Position numbers and translations under genes: made by a program. The notes under the pieces were generated by a model, which was given only the letters and a program-made list of their open reading frames with translations, was not told where the DNA came from and made no database searches. This document shows, one piece after another, positions 1 through 13,659 of a DNA stretch of 64,000 bases. Numbering within the stretch: position 1 is the first letter of the stretch; each line of letters begins with the position of its first letter. This stretch comes from Paragordius varius (lineage: Eukaryota > Animalia > Nematomorpha), in the NCBI GenBank assembly GCA_964247055.1, contig OZ176050.1, positions 1,550,001 to 1,614,000 on the forward strand, read 5' to 3'.

Positions 1-52
1 AAAATTAATGTATTAAACTAGTCGCATCAATACTCAAGGTAAACTTTGTCCT

Positions 53-165
53 TAAAAATCGGATATTGGTCACCGGTGAACAAAATTATTTTTTTTACAT
101 TCTCTTAGCAAGACTATATTAAAATATAGAGATTGTTTGGCAAACTCTTTCATATCCGATTTTTA
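53..165. repeat. Perfect 14 bp inverted repeat within each monomer (taaaaatcggatat / atatccgattttta)
   Basis: 53-66 is the exact reverse complement of 152-165; the same holds for 231-244 and 330-343. Present in the great majority of monomers. Confidence 0.95.
66..83. other. GC-rich quasi-palindrome ttggtcaccggtgaacaa with perfect 10 bp core tcaccggtga (contains BstEII, AgeI, SgrAI and HpaII/MspI sites), once per monomer
   Basis: Core 70-79 is self-complementary; one mismatch, then ttg/caa extends the stem. Other short palindromes per monomer: actagt (17-22), aagtt-a-aactt (214-224), tctta-g-taaga (281-291), agtttg-a-caaact (487-499). Confidence 0.9.
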
Positions 166-423
166 CAACGATACTTTAAAAATTATGGTATTAAACCAGG
201 CGCATCAATACTCAAGTTAAACTTTGTCCTTAAAAATCGGATATTGGTCACCGGTGAACAAAACTATTTTTTATACATTCTCTTAGTAAGACTACATCAA
301 AATATAGAAATAGTTTGACAAATTCTTTTATATCCGATTTTTACAACGATACTTTAAAAATTAATGTATTAAACTAGTCGCATCAATACTCAAGGTAAAC
401 TTTGTCCTTAAAAATCGGATATT

Positions 424-3400
424 GGTCACCGGTGAACAAAATTATTTTATATACATTCTAGTAAGACTACATCAAAATATAGAGATAGTTTGACAAACTC
501 TTTCATATCCGATTTTTACAACGATACTTTAAAAATTAATGTATTAAACTAGTCGCATCAATACTCAAGCTAAACATTGTCCTTAAAAATCGGATATTGG
601 TCACCGGTGAACAAACTATTTTTAATACATTCTCTTAGTAAGACTACATCAAAATATAGAGATAGTTTGACAAACTCTTTCACATCCGATTTTTACAACG
701 ATACTTTAAAAATTAATGTATAAAACTAGTCGTATCAATAAATCGCATCAATACTCAAGTTAAACTTTGTCCTTAAAAATCGGATATTGGTCACCGGTGA
801 ACAAAATTATTTTTTATACATTCTCTTAGTAGGACTACATCAAAATATAGAGATAGTTTGGCAAACTCTTTCATATCCAATTTTTACAACGATACTTTAA
901 AAATTAATGTAAAAAACTAGTCGCATCAATACTCAAGTTAAACTTTGTCCTTAAAAATCGGATATTGGTCATCGGTGAACAAAATTATTTTTTATACATT
1001 CGCTTAGTAAGACTACATCAAAATATAGAAATAGTTTGACAAACTCTTTCATATCCGATTTTTACAACGATAATAAAAAATTAATGTATTAAACTAGTCG
1101 CATCAATACTCAAGTTAAACTTTGTCCTTAAAAATCGGATATTGGTCACCGGTGAACAAAATTATTTTTTATACATTCTCTTAGCAAGACTACATTAAAA
1201 TATAGAGATAGTTTGGCAAACTCTTTCATATCCGATTTTTACAACGATACTTTAAAAATTATGGTATTAAACCAGGCGCATTAATACTCAAGTTAAACTT
1301 TGTCCTTGAAAATCGGATAATGGTCACCGGTGAACAAAATTATTTTTTATACATTCTCTTAGTAGGGCTAAATCAAAATATAGAGATAGTTTGGCAAACT
1401 CTTTCATATCCGATTTTTACAACGATACTTTAAAAATTATGGTATTAAACCAGTCGCATCAATACTCAAGTTAAACTTTGTCCTTAAAAATCGGATATTG
1501 GTCACCGGTGAACAAAACTATTACATTCTCTTAGTAAGACTACATCAAAATATAGAGATAGTTTGACAAACTCTTTCATATCCGATTTTTACAACGATAC
1601 TTTAAAAATTAATGTATTAAACTAGTCGCATCAATACTCAAGCTAAACATTGTCCTTAAAAATCGGATATTGGTCACCGGTGAACAAACTATTTTTAATA
1701 CATTCTCTTAGTAAGACTACATCAAAATATAGAGATAGTTTGACAAACTCTTTCACATCCGATTTTTACAACGATACTTTAAAAATTAATGTATAAAACT
1801 AGTCGTATCAATAAATCGCATCAATACTCAAGTTAAACTTTGTCCTTAAAAATCGGATATTGGTCACCGGTGAACAAAATTATTTTTTATACATTCTCTT
1901 AGTAGGACTACATCAAAATATAGAGATAGTTTGGCAAACTCTTTCATATCCAATTTTTACAACGATACTTTAAAAATTAATGTAAAAAACTAGTCGCATC
2001 AATACTCAAGTTAAACTTTGTCCTTAAAAATCGGATATTGGTCACCGGTGAACAAAATTATTTTTTTTACATTCGCTTAGTAAGACTACATCAAAATATA
2101 GAAATAGTTTGACAAACTCTTTCATATCCGATTTTTACAACGATAATAAAAAATTAATGTATTAAACTAGTCGCATCAATACTCAAGTTTAACTTTGTCC
2201 TTAAAAATCGGATATTGGTCACCGGTGAACAAAATTATTTTTTTTACATTCTCTTAGCAAGACTATATTAAAATATAGAGATTGTTTGGCAAACTCTTTC
2301 ATATCCGATTTTTACAACGATACTTTAAAAATTATGGTATTAAACCAGGCGCATCAATACTCAAGTTAAACTTTGTCCTTAAAAATCGGATATTGGTCAC
2401 CGGTGAACAAAACTATTTTTTATACATTCTCTTAGTAAGACTACATCAAAATATAGAAATAGTTTGACAAATTCTTTTATATCCGATTTTTACAACGATA
2501 CTTTAAAAATTAATGTATTAAACTAGTCGCATCAATACTCAAGGTAAACTTTGTCCTTAAAAATCGGATATTGGTCACCGGTGAACAAAATTATTTTATA
2601 TACATTCTCTTAGCAAGACTACATCAAAATATAGAGATAGTTTGACAAATTCTTTCATATCCGATTTTTACAACGATACTTTAAAAATTAATGTATTAAA
2701 CTAGTCGCATCAATACTCAAGTTAAACTTTGTCCTTAAAAATCGGATATTGGTCACTGGTGAACAAAAATATTTTTTATACATTCTCTTAGCAAGACTAC
2801 ATCAAAATATAGAGATGGTGTGGCAAAGTCTTTCATATCCGATTTTTACAACGATACTTTAAAAATTATGGTATTAAACCAGGCGCATCAATACTCAAGT
2901 TAAACTTTGTCCTTAAAAATCGGATATTGGTCACCGGTGAACAAAACTATTTTTTATACATTCTCTTAGTAAGACTACATCAAAATATAGAGATAGTTTG
3001 ACAAACTCTTTCATATCCGATTTTCACAACGATATTTAAGAATTAATGTATAAAACTAGTCGTATCAATAAATCGCATCAATACTCAAGTTAAACTTTGT
3101 CCTTAAAAATCGGATAATGGTCACCGGTGAACAAAATTATTTTTTATACATTCTCTTAGTAAGACTACATCAAAATATAGAGATAGTTTGACAAACTCTT
3201 TCATATCCGATTTTTACAACGATACTTTAAAAATTAATGTATAAAACTAGCGCATCAATACTCAAGTTAAACTTTGTCCTTAAAAATCGGATATTGGTCA
3301 CCGGTGAACAAAATTATTTTTTATACATTCTCTTAGTAGGACTACATCAAAATATAGAAATAGTTTGACAAATTCTTTCATATCCGATTTTTACAACGAT

Positions 3401-6400
3401 ACTTTAAAAATTAATGTATAAAACTAGTCGCATCAATACTCAAGTTAAACTTTGTCCTTAAAAATCGGATATTGGTCACCGGTGAACAAAATTATTTTTT
3501 ATACATTCTCTTAGCAAGACTACATCAAAATATAGAGATAGTTTGGCAAACTCTTTCATATCCGATTTTTACAACGATACTTTAAAAATTATGGTATTAA
3601 ACCAGGCGCATCAATACTCAAGTTAAACTTTGTCCTTAAAAATCGGATATTGGTCACTGGTGAACAAAAATATTTTTTATACATTCTCTTAGCAAGACTA
3701 CATCAAAATATAGAGATGGTTTGGCAAACTCTTTCATATCCGATTTTTACAACGATACTTTAAAAATTATGGTATTAAACCAGGCGCATCAATACTCAAG
3801 TTAAACTTTGTCCTTAAAAATCGGATATTGGTCACCGATGAACAAAACTATTTTTTATACATTCTCTTAGTAAGACTACATCAAAATATAGAGATAGTTT
3901 GACAAACTCTTTCATATCCGACTTTCACAACGATATTTAAGAATTAATGTATAAAACTAGTCGTATCAATAAATCGCATCAATACTTAAGTTAAACTTTG
4001 TCCTTAAAAATCGGATATTGGTCACCGGTGAACAAAATTATTTTATATACATTCTCTTAGTAAGACTACATCAAAATATAGAGATAGTTTGACAAACTCT
4101 TTCAAATCCGATTTTTACAACGATACTTCAAAAACTAATGTATAAAACTAGTCGCATCAATACTCAAGTTAAACTTTGTCCTTAAAAATCTTATATTGGT
4201 CACCGGTGAACAAAATTATTTTTTATACATTCTCTTAGTAGGACTACATCAAAATATAGAGATAGTTTGGCAAACTCTTTCATAATCGATTTTTACAACG
4301 ATACTTTAAAAATTAATGTATAAAACTAGTCGCATCAATACTCAAGTTAAACTTTGTCCTTAAAAATCGGATATTGGTCACCGGTGAACAAAACTATTTT
4401 TTATACATTCTCTTAGTAAGACTACATCAAAATATAGAGATAGTTTGACAAACTCTTTCATATCCGATTTTCACAACGATATTTAAGAATTAATGTATAA
4501 AACTAGTCGTATCAATAAATCGCATCAATACTTAAGTTAAACTTTGTCCTTAAAAATCGGATATTGGTCACCGGTGAACAAAATTATTTTATATACATTC
4601 TAGTAAGACTACATCAAAATATAGAGATAGTTTGACAAACTCTTTCATATCCGATTTTTACAACGATACTTTAAAAATTAATGTATTAAACTAGTCGCAT
4701 CAATACTCAAGCTAAACATTGTCCTTAAAAATCGGATATTGGTCACCGGTGAACAAACTATTTTTAATACATTCTCTTAGTAAGACTACATCAAAATATA
4801 GAGATAGTTTGACAAACTCTTTCACATCCGATTTTTACAACGATACTTTAAAAATTAATGTATAAAACTAGTCGTATCAATAAATCGCATCAATACTCAA
4901 GTTAAACTTTGTCCTTAAAAATCGGATATTGGTCACCGGTGAACAAAATTATTTTTTATACATTCTCTTAGTAGGACTACATCAAAATATAGAGATAGTT
5001 TGGCAAACTCTTTCATATCCAATTTTTACAACGATACTTTAAAAATTAATGTAAAAAACTAGTCGCATCAATACTCAAGTTAAACTTTGTCCTTAAAAAT
5101 CGGATATTGGTCATCGGTGAACAAAATTATTTTTTATACATTCGCTTAGTAAGACTACATCAAAATATAGAAATAGTTTGACAAACTCTTTCATATCCGA
5201 TTTTTACAACGATAATAAAAAATTAATGTATTAAACTAGTCGCATCAATACTCAAGTTAAACTTTGTCCTTAAAAATCGGATATTGGTCACCGGTGAACA
5301 AAATTATTTTTTATACATTCTCTTAGCAAGACTACATTAAAATATAGAGATAGTTTGGCAAACTCTTTCATATCCGATTTTTACAACGATACTTTAAAAA
5401 TTATGGTATTAAACCAGGCGCATTAATACTCAAGTTAAACTTTGTCCTTGAAAATCGGATAATGGTCACCGGTGAACAAAATTATTTTTTATACATTCTC
5501 TTAGTAGGGCTAAATCAAAATATAGAGATAGTTTGGCAAACTCTTTCATATCCGATTTTTACAACGATACTTTAAAAATTATGGTATTAAACCAGTCGCA
5601 TCAATACTCAAGTTAAACTTTGTCCTTAAAAATCGGATATTGGTCACCGGTGAACAAAACTATTACATTCTCTTAGTAAGACTACATCAAAATATAGAGA
5701 TAGTTTGACAAACTCTTTCATATCCGATTTTTACAACGATACTTTAAAAATTAATGTATTAAACTAGTCGCATCAATACTCAAGCTAAACATTGTCCTTA
5801 AAAATCGGATATTGGTCACCGGTGAACAAACTATTTTTAATACATTCTCTTAGTAAGACTACATCAAAATATAGAGATAGTTTGACAAACTCTTTCACAT
5901 CCGATTTTTACAACGATACTTTAAAAATTAATGTATAAAACTAGTCGTATCAATAAATCGCATCAATACTCAAGTTAAACTTTGTCCTTAAAAATCGGAT
6001 ATTGGTCACCGGTGAACAAAATTATTTTTTATACATTCTCTTAGTAGGACTACATCAAAATATAGAGATAGTTTGGCAAACTCTTTCATATCCAATTTTT
6101 ACAACGATACTTTAAAAATTAATGTAAAAAACTAGTCGCATCAATACTCAAGTTAAACTTTGTCCTTAAAAATCGGATATTGGTCACCGGTGAACAAAAT
6201 TATTTTTTTTACATTCGCTTAGTAAGACTACATCAAAATATAGAAATAGTTTGACAAACTCTTTCATATCCGATTTTTACAACGATAATAAAAAATTAAT
6301 GTATTAAACTAGTCGCATCAATACTCAAGTTTAACTTTGTCCTTAAAAATCGGATATTGGTCACCGGTGAACAAAATTATTTTTTTTACATTCTCTTAGC

Positions 6401-9400
6401 AAGACTATATTAAAATATAGAGATTGTTTGGCAAACTCTTTCATATCCGATTTTTACAACGATACTTTAAAAATTATGGTATTAAACCAGGCGCATCAAT
6501 ACTCAAGTTAAACTTTGTCCTTAAAAATCGGATATTGGTCACCGGTGAACAAAACTATTTTTTATACATTCTCTTAGTAAGACTACATCAAAATATAGAA
6601 ATAGTTTGACAAATTCTTTTATATCCGATTTTTACAACGATACTTTAAAAATTAATGTATTAAACTAGTCGCATCAATACTCAAGGTAAACTTTGTCCTT
6701 AAAAATCGGATATTGGTCACCGGTGAACAAAATTATTTTATATACATTCTCTTAGCAAGACTACATCAAAATATAGAGATAGTTTGACAAATTCTTTCAT
6801 ATCCGATTTTTACAACGATACTTTAAAAATTAATGTATTAAACTAGTCGCATCAATACTCAAGTTAAACTTTGTCCTTAAAAATCGGATATTGGTCACTG
6901 GTGAACAAAAATATTTTTTATACATTCTCTTAGCAAGACTACATCAAAATATAGAGATGGTGTGGCACACTCTTTCATATCCGATTTTTACAACGATACT
7001 TTAAAAATTATGGTATTAAACCAGGCGCATCAATACTCAAGTTAAACTTTGTCCTTAAAAATCGGATATTGGTCACCGGTGAACAAAACTATTTTTTATA
7101 CATTCTCTTAGTAAGACTACATCAAAATATAGAGATAGTTTGACAAACTCTTTCATATCCGATTTTCACAACGATATTTAAGAATTAATGTATAAAACTA
7201 GTCGTATCAATAAATCGCATCAATACTCAAGTTAAACTTTGTCCTTAAAAATCGGATAATGGTCACCGGTGAACAAAATTATTTTTTATACATTCTCTTA
7301 GTAGGACTACATCAAAATATAGAGATAGTTTGGCAAACTCTTTCATATCCAATTTTTACAACGATACTTTAAAAATTAATGTAAAAAACTAGTCGCATCA
7401 ATACTCAAGTTAAACTTTGTCCTTAAAAATCGGATATTGGTCACCGGTGAACAAAATTATTTTTTTTACATTCGCTTAGTAAGACTACATCAAAATATAG
7501 AAATAGTTTGACAAACTCTTTCATATCCGATTTTTACAACGATAATAAAAAATTAATGTATTAAACTAGTCGCATCAATACTCAAGTTTAACTTTGTCCT
7601 TAAAAATCGGATATTGGTCACCGGTGAACAAAATTATTTTTTTTACATTCTCTTAGCAAGACTATATTAAAATATAGAGATTGTTTGGCAAACTCTTTCA
7701 TATCCGATTTTTACAACGATACTTTAAAAATTATGGTATTAAACCAGGCGCATCAATACTCAAGTTAAACTTTGTCCTTAAAAATCGGATATTGGTCACC
7801 GGTGAACAAAACTATTTTTTATACATTCTCTTAGTAAGACTACATCAAAATATAGAAATAGTTTGACAAATTCTTTTATATCCGATTTTTACAACGATAC
7901 TTTAAAAATTAATGTATTAAACTAGTCGCATCAATACTCAAGGTAAACTTTGTCCTTAAAAATCGGATATTGGTCACCGGTGAACAAAATTATTTTATAT
8001 ACATTCTCTTAGCAAGACTACATCAAAATATAGAGATAGTTTGACAAATTCTTTCATATCCGATTTTTACAACGATACTTTAAAAATTAATGTATTAAAC
8101 TAGTCGCATCAATACTCAAGTTAAACTTTGTCCTTAAAAATCGGATATTGGTCACTGGTGAACAAAAATATTTTTTATACATTCTCTTAGCAAGACTACA
8201 TCAAAATATAGAGATGGTGTGGCACACTCTTTCATATCCGATTTTTACAACGATACTTTAAAAATTATGGTATTAAACCAGGCGCATCAATACTCAAGTT
8301 AAACTTTGTCCTTAAAAATCGGATATTGGTCACCGGTGAACAAAACTATTTTTTATACATTCTCTTAGTAAGACTACATCAAAATATAGAGATAGTTTGA
8401 CAAACTCTTTCATATCCGATTTTCACAACGATATTTAAGAATTAATGTATAAAACTAGTCGTATCAATAAATCGCATCAATACTCAAGTTAAACTTTGTC
8501 CTTAAAAATCGGATAATGGTCACCGGTGAACAAAATTATTTTTTATACATTCTCTTAGTAAGACTACATCAAAATATAGAGATAGTTTGACAAACTCTTT
8601 CATATCCGATTTTTACAACGATACTTTAAAAATTAATGTATAAAACTAGTCGCATCAATACTCAAGTTAAACTTTGTCCTTAAAAATCGGATATTGGTCA
8701 CCGGTGAACAAAATTATTTTTTATACATTCTCTTAGTAGGACTACATCAAAATATAGAAATAGTTTGACAAATTCTTTCATATCCGATTTTTACAACGAT
8801 ACTTTAAAAATTAATGTATAAAACTAGTCGCATCAATACTCAAGTTAAACTTTGTCCTTAAAAATCGGATATTGGTCACCGGTGAACAAAATTATTTTTT
8901 ATACATTCTCTTAGCAAGACTACATCAAAATATAGAGATAGTTTGGCAAACTCTTTCATATCCGATTTTTACAACGATACTTTAAAAATTATGGTATTAA
9001 ACCAGGCGCATCAATACTCAAGTTAAACTTTGTCCTTAAAAATCGGATATTGGTCACTGGTGAACAAAAATATTTTTTATACATTCTCTTAGCAAGACTA
9101 CATCAAAATATAGAGATGGTTTGGCAAACTCTTTCATATCCGATTTTTACAACGATACTTTAAAAATTATGGTATTAAACCAGGCGCATCAATACTCAAG
9201 TTAAACTTTGTCCTTAAAAATCGGATATTGGTCACCGATGAACAAAACTATTTTTTATACATTCTCTTAGTAAGACTACATCAAAATATAGAGATAGTTT
9301 GACAAACTCTTTCATATCCGATTTTCACAACGATATTTAAGAATTAATGTATAAAACTAGTCGTATCAATAAATCGCATCAATACTTAAGTTAAACTTTG

Positions 9401-9960
9401 TCCTTAAAAATCGGATATTGGTCACCGGTGAACAAAATTATTTTATATACATTCTCTTAGTAAGACTACATCAAAATATAGAGATAGTTTGACAAACTCT
9501 TTCACATCCGATTTTTACAACGATACTTCAAAAACTAATGTATAAAACTAGTCGCATCAATACTCAAGTTAAACTTTGTCCTTAAAAATCTTATATTGGT
9601 CACCGGTGAACAAAATTATTTTTTATACATTCTCTTAGTAGGACTACATCAAAATATAGAGATAGTTTGGCAAACTCTTTCATAATCGATTTTTACAACG
9701 ATACTTTAAAAATTAATGTATAAAACTAGTCGCATCAATACTCAAGTTAAACTTTGTCCTTAAAAATCGGATATTGGTCACCGGTGAACAAAACTATTTT
9801 TTATACATTCTCTTAGTAAGACTACATCAAAATATAGAGATAGTTTGACAAACTCTTTCATATCCGATTTTCACAACGATATTTAAGAATTAATGTATAA
9901 AACTAGTCGTATCAATAAATCGCATCAATACTTAAGTTAAACTTTGTCCTTAAAAATCGG
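424..9960 (+). repeat. HOR: 23-mer of 4142 bp (424-4565) and a second copy (4566 to about 9960) lengthened to about 5.4 kb by an internal 7-mer duplication
   Basis: Markers at offset 4142: ggtcacc 424/4566 followed by the same 3 bp deletion attctagt; caagctaaacatt 566/4708; ORF copies 2282/6424. Internal 1257 bp tandem duplication: anchors 6004/7261/8518, ORF copies 6424/7681. Later markers are offset 5399-5400. Confidence 0.9.
730..742 (+). repeat. 13 bp internal duplication (tcgtatcaataaa) defining the 191 bp long monomer; first of about 100 occurrences
   Basis: actag-TCGTATCAATAAA-tcgcatcaatac versus actag-tcgcatcaatac in the standard monomer. The insert is an imperfect copy of the adjacent tcgcatcaata plus aa. 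It recurs up to the last monomer (about 63907). Confidence 0.97.
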
Positions 9961-12500
9961 ATAATGGTCACCTGTGAACAAAATTATTTTTTATACATTC
10001 TCTTAGTAAGACTACATAAAATATAGAGATAGTTTGGCAAACTCTTTCATATCCGATTTTTACAACGATACTTTAAAAATTATGGTATTAAACCAGTCGT
10101 ATCAATACTCAAGTTAAACTTTGTCCTTAAAAATCGGATATTGGTCACCGGTGAACAAAATTATTTTATATACATTCTCTTAGTAAGACTACATCAAAAT
10201 ATAGAGATAGTTTGACAAACTCTTTCACATCCGATTTTTACAACGATACTTCAAAAACTAATGTATAAAACTAGTCGCATCAATACTCAAGTTAAACTTT
10301 GTCCTTAAAAATCTTATATTGGTCACCGGTGAACAAAATTATTTTTTATACATTCTCTTAGTAGGACTACATCAAAATATAGAGATAGTTTGGCAAACTC
10401 TTTCATAATCGATTTTTACAACGATACTTTAAAAATTAATGTATAAAACTAGTCGCATCAATACTCAAGATAAACTTTGTCCTTAAAAATCGGATATTGG
10501 TCACCGGTGAACAAAACTATTTTTTATACATTCTCTTAGTAAGACTACATCAAAATATAGAGATAGTTTGACAAACTCTTTCATATCCGATTTTCACAAC
10601 GATATTTAAGAATTAATGTATAAAACTAGTCGTATCAATAAATCGCATCAATACTCAAGTTAAACTTTGTCCTTAAAAATCGGATAATGGTCACCGGTGA
10701 ATAAAATTATTTTTTATACATTCTCTTAGTGAGACTACATCAAAATATAGAGATAGTTTGGCAAACTCTTTCATATCCGATTTTTACAACGATACTTTAA
10801 AAATTATGGTATTAAACCAGTCGTATCAATACTCAAGTTAAACTTTGTCATTAAAAATCGGATATTGGTCACTGGTGAACAAAATTATTTTATATACATT
10901 CTCTTAGTAAGACTACATCAAAATATAGAGATAGTTTGGCAAACTCTTTCATATCCGATTTTTACAACGATACTTTAAAAATTATGGTATTAAACCAGGC
11001 GCATCAATACTCAAGTTAAACTTTGTCCTTAAAAATCGGATATTGGTCACCGGTGAACAAAACTATTTTTTATACATTCTCTTAGTATGACTACATCAAA
11101 ATATAGAGATAGTTTGACAAACTCTTTCATATCCGATTTTCACAACGATATTTAAGAATTAATGTATACAACTAGTCGTATCAATAAATCGCATCAATAC
11201 TGAAGTTAAACTTTGTCCTTAAAAATCGGATAATGGTCACCGGTGAACAAAATTATTTTTTATACATTCTCTTAGTAAGACTACATCAAAATATAGAGAT
11301 AGTTTGGCAAACTCTTTCATATCCGATTTTTACAACGATACTTTAAAAATTATGGTATTAAACCAGTCGTATCAATACTCAAGTTAAACTTTGTCCTTAA
11401 AATCGGATATTGGTCACCGGTGAACAAAATTATTTTATATACATTCTCTTAGTAAGACTACATCAAAATATAGAGATAGTTTGACAAACTCTTTCACATC
11501 CGATTTTTACAACGATACTTCAAAAACTAATGTATAAAACTAGTCGCATCAATACTCAAGTTAAACTTTGTCCTTAAAAATCTTATATTGGTCACCGGTG
11601 AACAAAATTATTTTTTATACATTCTCTTAGTAGGACTACATCAAAATATAGAGATAGTTTGGCAAACTCTTTCATAATCGATTTTTACAACGATACTTTA
11701 AAAATTAATGTATAAAACTAGTCGCATCAATACTCAAGTTAAACTTTGTCCTTAAAAATCCGATATTGGTCACCGGTGAACAAAACTATTTTTTATACAT
11801 TCTCTTAGTAAGACTACATCAAAATATAGAGATAGTTTGACAAACTCTTTCATATCCGATTTTCACAACGATATTTAAGTATTAATGTATAAAACTAGTC
11901 GTATCAATAAATCGCATCAATACTCAAGTTAAACTTTGTCCTTAAAAATCGGATAATGGTCACCGGTGAACAAAATTATTTTTTATACATTCTCTTAGTG
12001 AGACTACATCAAAATATAGAGATAGTTTGGCAAACTCTTTCATATCCGATTTTTACAACGATACTTTAAAAATTATGGTATTAAACCAGTCGTATCAATA
12101 CTCAAGTTAAACTTTGTCATTAAAAATCGGATATTGGTCACCGGTGAACAAAATTATTTTATATACATTCTCTTAGTAAGACTACATCAAAATATAGAGA
12201 TAGTTTGACAAACTCTTTCACATCCGATTTTTACAACGATACTTCAAAAACTAATGTATAAAACTAGTCGCATCAATACTCAAGTTAAACTTTGTCCTTA
12301 AAAATCGGATATTGGTCACCGGTGAACAAAATTATTTTTTATACATTCTCTTAGTAGGACTACATCAAAATATAGAGATAGTTTGGCAAACTCTTTCATA
12401 ATCGATTTTTACAACGATACTTTAAAAATTAATGTATAAAACTAGTCGCATCAATACTCAAGTTAAACTTTGTCCTTAAAAATCGGATATTGGTCACCGG
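9300..12500 (+). repeat. Degenerate 4-mer HOR, period about 724 bp, with one 3-mer step (7-mer offset 1269)
   Basis: Recurring order: long monomer with ggataatgg; atggt...ccagtcgta with cttcaaaaacta; gtaggac with cataatcg; aaaacta with tttcacaacgatatttaag. cataatcg at 9681/10404; tcttatatt at 10312/11581. Confidence 0.8.
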
Positions 12501-13659
12501 TGAACAAAACTATTTTTTATACATTCTCTTAGTAAGACTACATCAAAATATAGAGATAGTTTGACAAACTCTTTCACATCCGATTTTTACAACGATACTT
12601 TAAAAATTAATGTATAAAACTAGTCGTATCAATAAATCGCATCAATACTCAAGTTAAACTTTGTCCTTAAAAATCGGATATTGGTCACCGGTGAAAAAAA
12701 TTATTTTTTATACATTCTCTTAGTAGGACTACATCAAAATATAGAGATAGTTTGGCAAACTCTTTCATATCCGATTTTTACAACGATAATTTAAAAATTA
12801 ATGTATAAAACTAGTCGCATCAATACTCAAGTTAAACTTTGTCCTTAAAAATCGGATATTGGTCACCGGTGAACAAAATTATTTTTTATACATTCTCTTA
12901 GTCAGACTACATCAAAATATAGAAATAGTTTGACAAACTTTTTCATATCCGATTTTTACAACGATACTTAAAAATTATGGTATTAAACCAGTCGTATCAA
13001 TACTCAAGTTAAACTTTGTCCTTAAAAATCGGATATTGGTCACCGGTGAACAAAATTATTTTATATACATTCTCTTAGTAAGACTACATCAAAATATAGA
13101 GATAGTTTGACAAACTCTTTCATATCCGATTTTTACAACGATACTTTAAAAATTAATGTATTAAACTTGTCGCATCAATACTCAAGCTAAACATTGTCCT
13201 TAAAAATCGGATATTGGTCACCGGTGAACAAACTATTTTTTATACATTCTCTTAGTAAGACTACATCAAAATATAGAGATAGTTTGACAAACTCTTTCAC
13301 ATCCGATTTTTACAACGATATTTAAAAATTAATGTCTTAAACTAGTCGCATCAATACTCAAGTTAAACTTTGTCCTTAAAAAACGGATATTGGTCACCGG
13401 TGAACAAAATTATTTTTTATACATTCTCTTAGCAAGACTACATCAAAATATAGAGATAGTTTGGCAAACTCTTTCACATCCGATTTTTACAACGATATTT
13501 AAAAATTAATGTCTTAAACTAGTCGCATCAATACTCAAGTTAAACTTTGTCCTTAAAAAACGGATATTGGTCACCGGTGAACATAATTATTTTCTATACA
13601 TTCTCTTAGCAAGACTACATCAAAATATAGAGATAGTTTGGCAAACTCTTTCATATCCG

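Noticed and set aside
56-80. CENP-B box (two CpGs in a GC-rich patch)
   Set aside because: The CENP-B box has 7 nt between its CpGs (TTCG-N4-A-N2-CGGG). Here the spacings are 12 nt (59-76) and 10 nt (157-170), and the flanking bases do not fit.
19-157. Direct ~90 bp sub-repeat (catcaa at 25 and 117; agttaaacttt versus agtttgacaaactcttt)
   Set aside because: Matches are at most 6 bp and need several gaps in AT-rich DNA, so I cannot distinguish them from chance by eye. The inverted relationship is better supported.
53-165. Intact MITE insertions defined by the 14 bp inverted repeat
   Set aside because: The flanks are identical satellite sequence in every copy, with no variable target-site duplication or transposase. 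At most it is an ancestral origin, reported as a finding.
1-178. Arabidopsis CEN178/CEN180 or Brassica CentBr, on the basis of monomer length
   Set aside because: Only the length matches. The sequence lacks the HindIII site and motifs I recall for those families and is more AT-rich. This is from memory; BLAST would settle it.
133-7866. Four identical 61 aa ORFs (133, 2282, 6424, 7681)
   Set aside because: They start at TTG created by a gatag-to-gattg SNP, lie wholly in satellite sequence and show no recognisable domain. Their identity simply tracks the 2149, 4142 and 1257 bp duplications.
4566-9960. Assembly artefact as the cause of the near-identical multi-kb duplications
   Set aside because: Copies carry private SNPs and indels and chimeric in-register junctions, as real HORs do. 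It cannot be fully excluded without reads.
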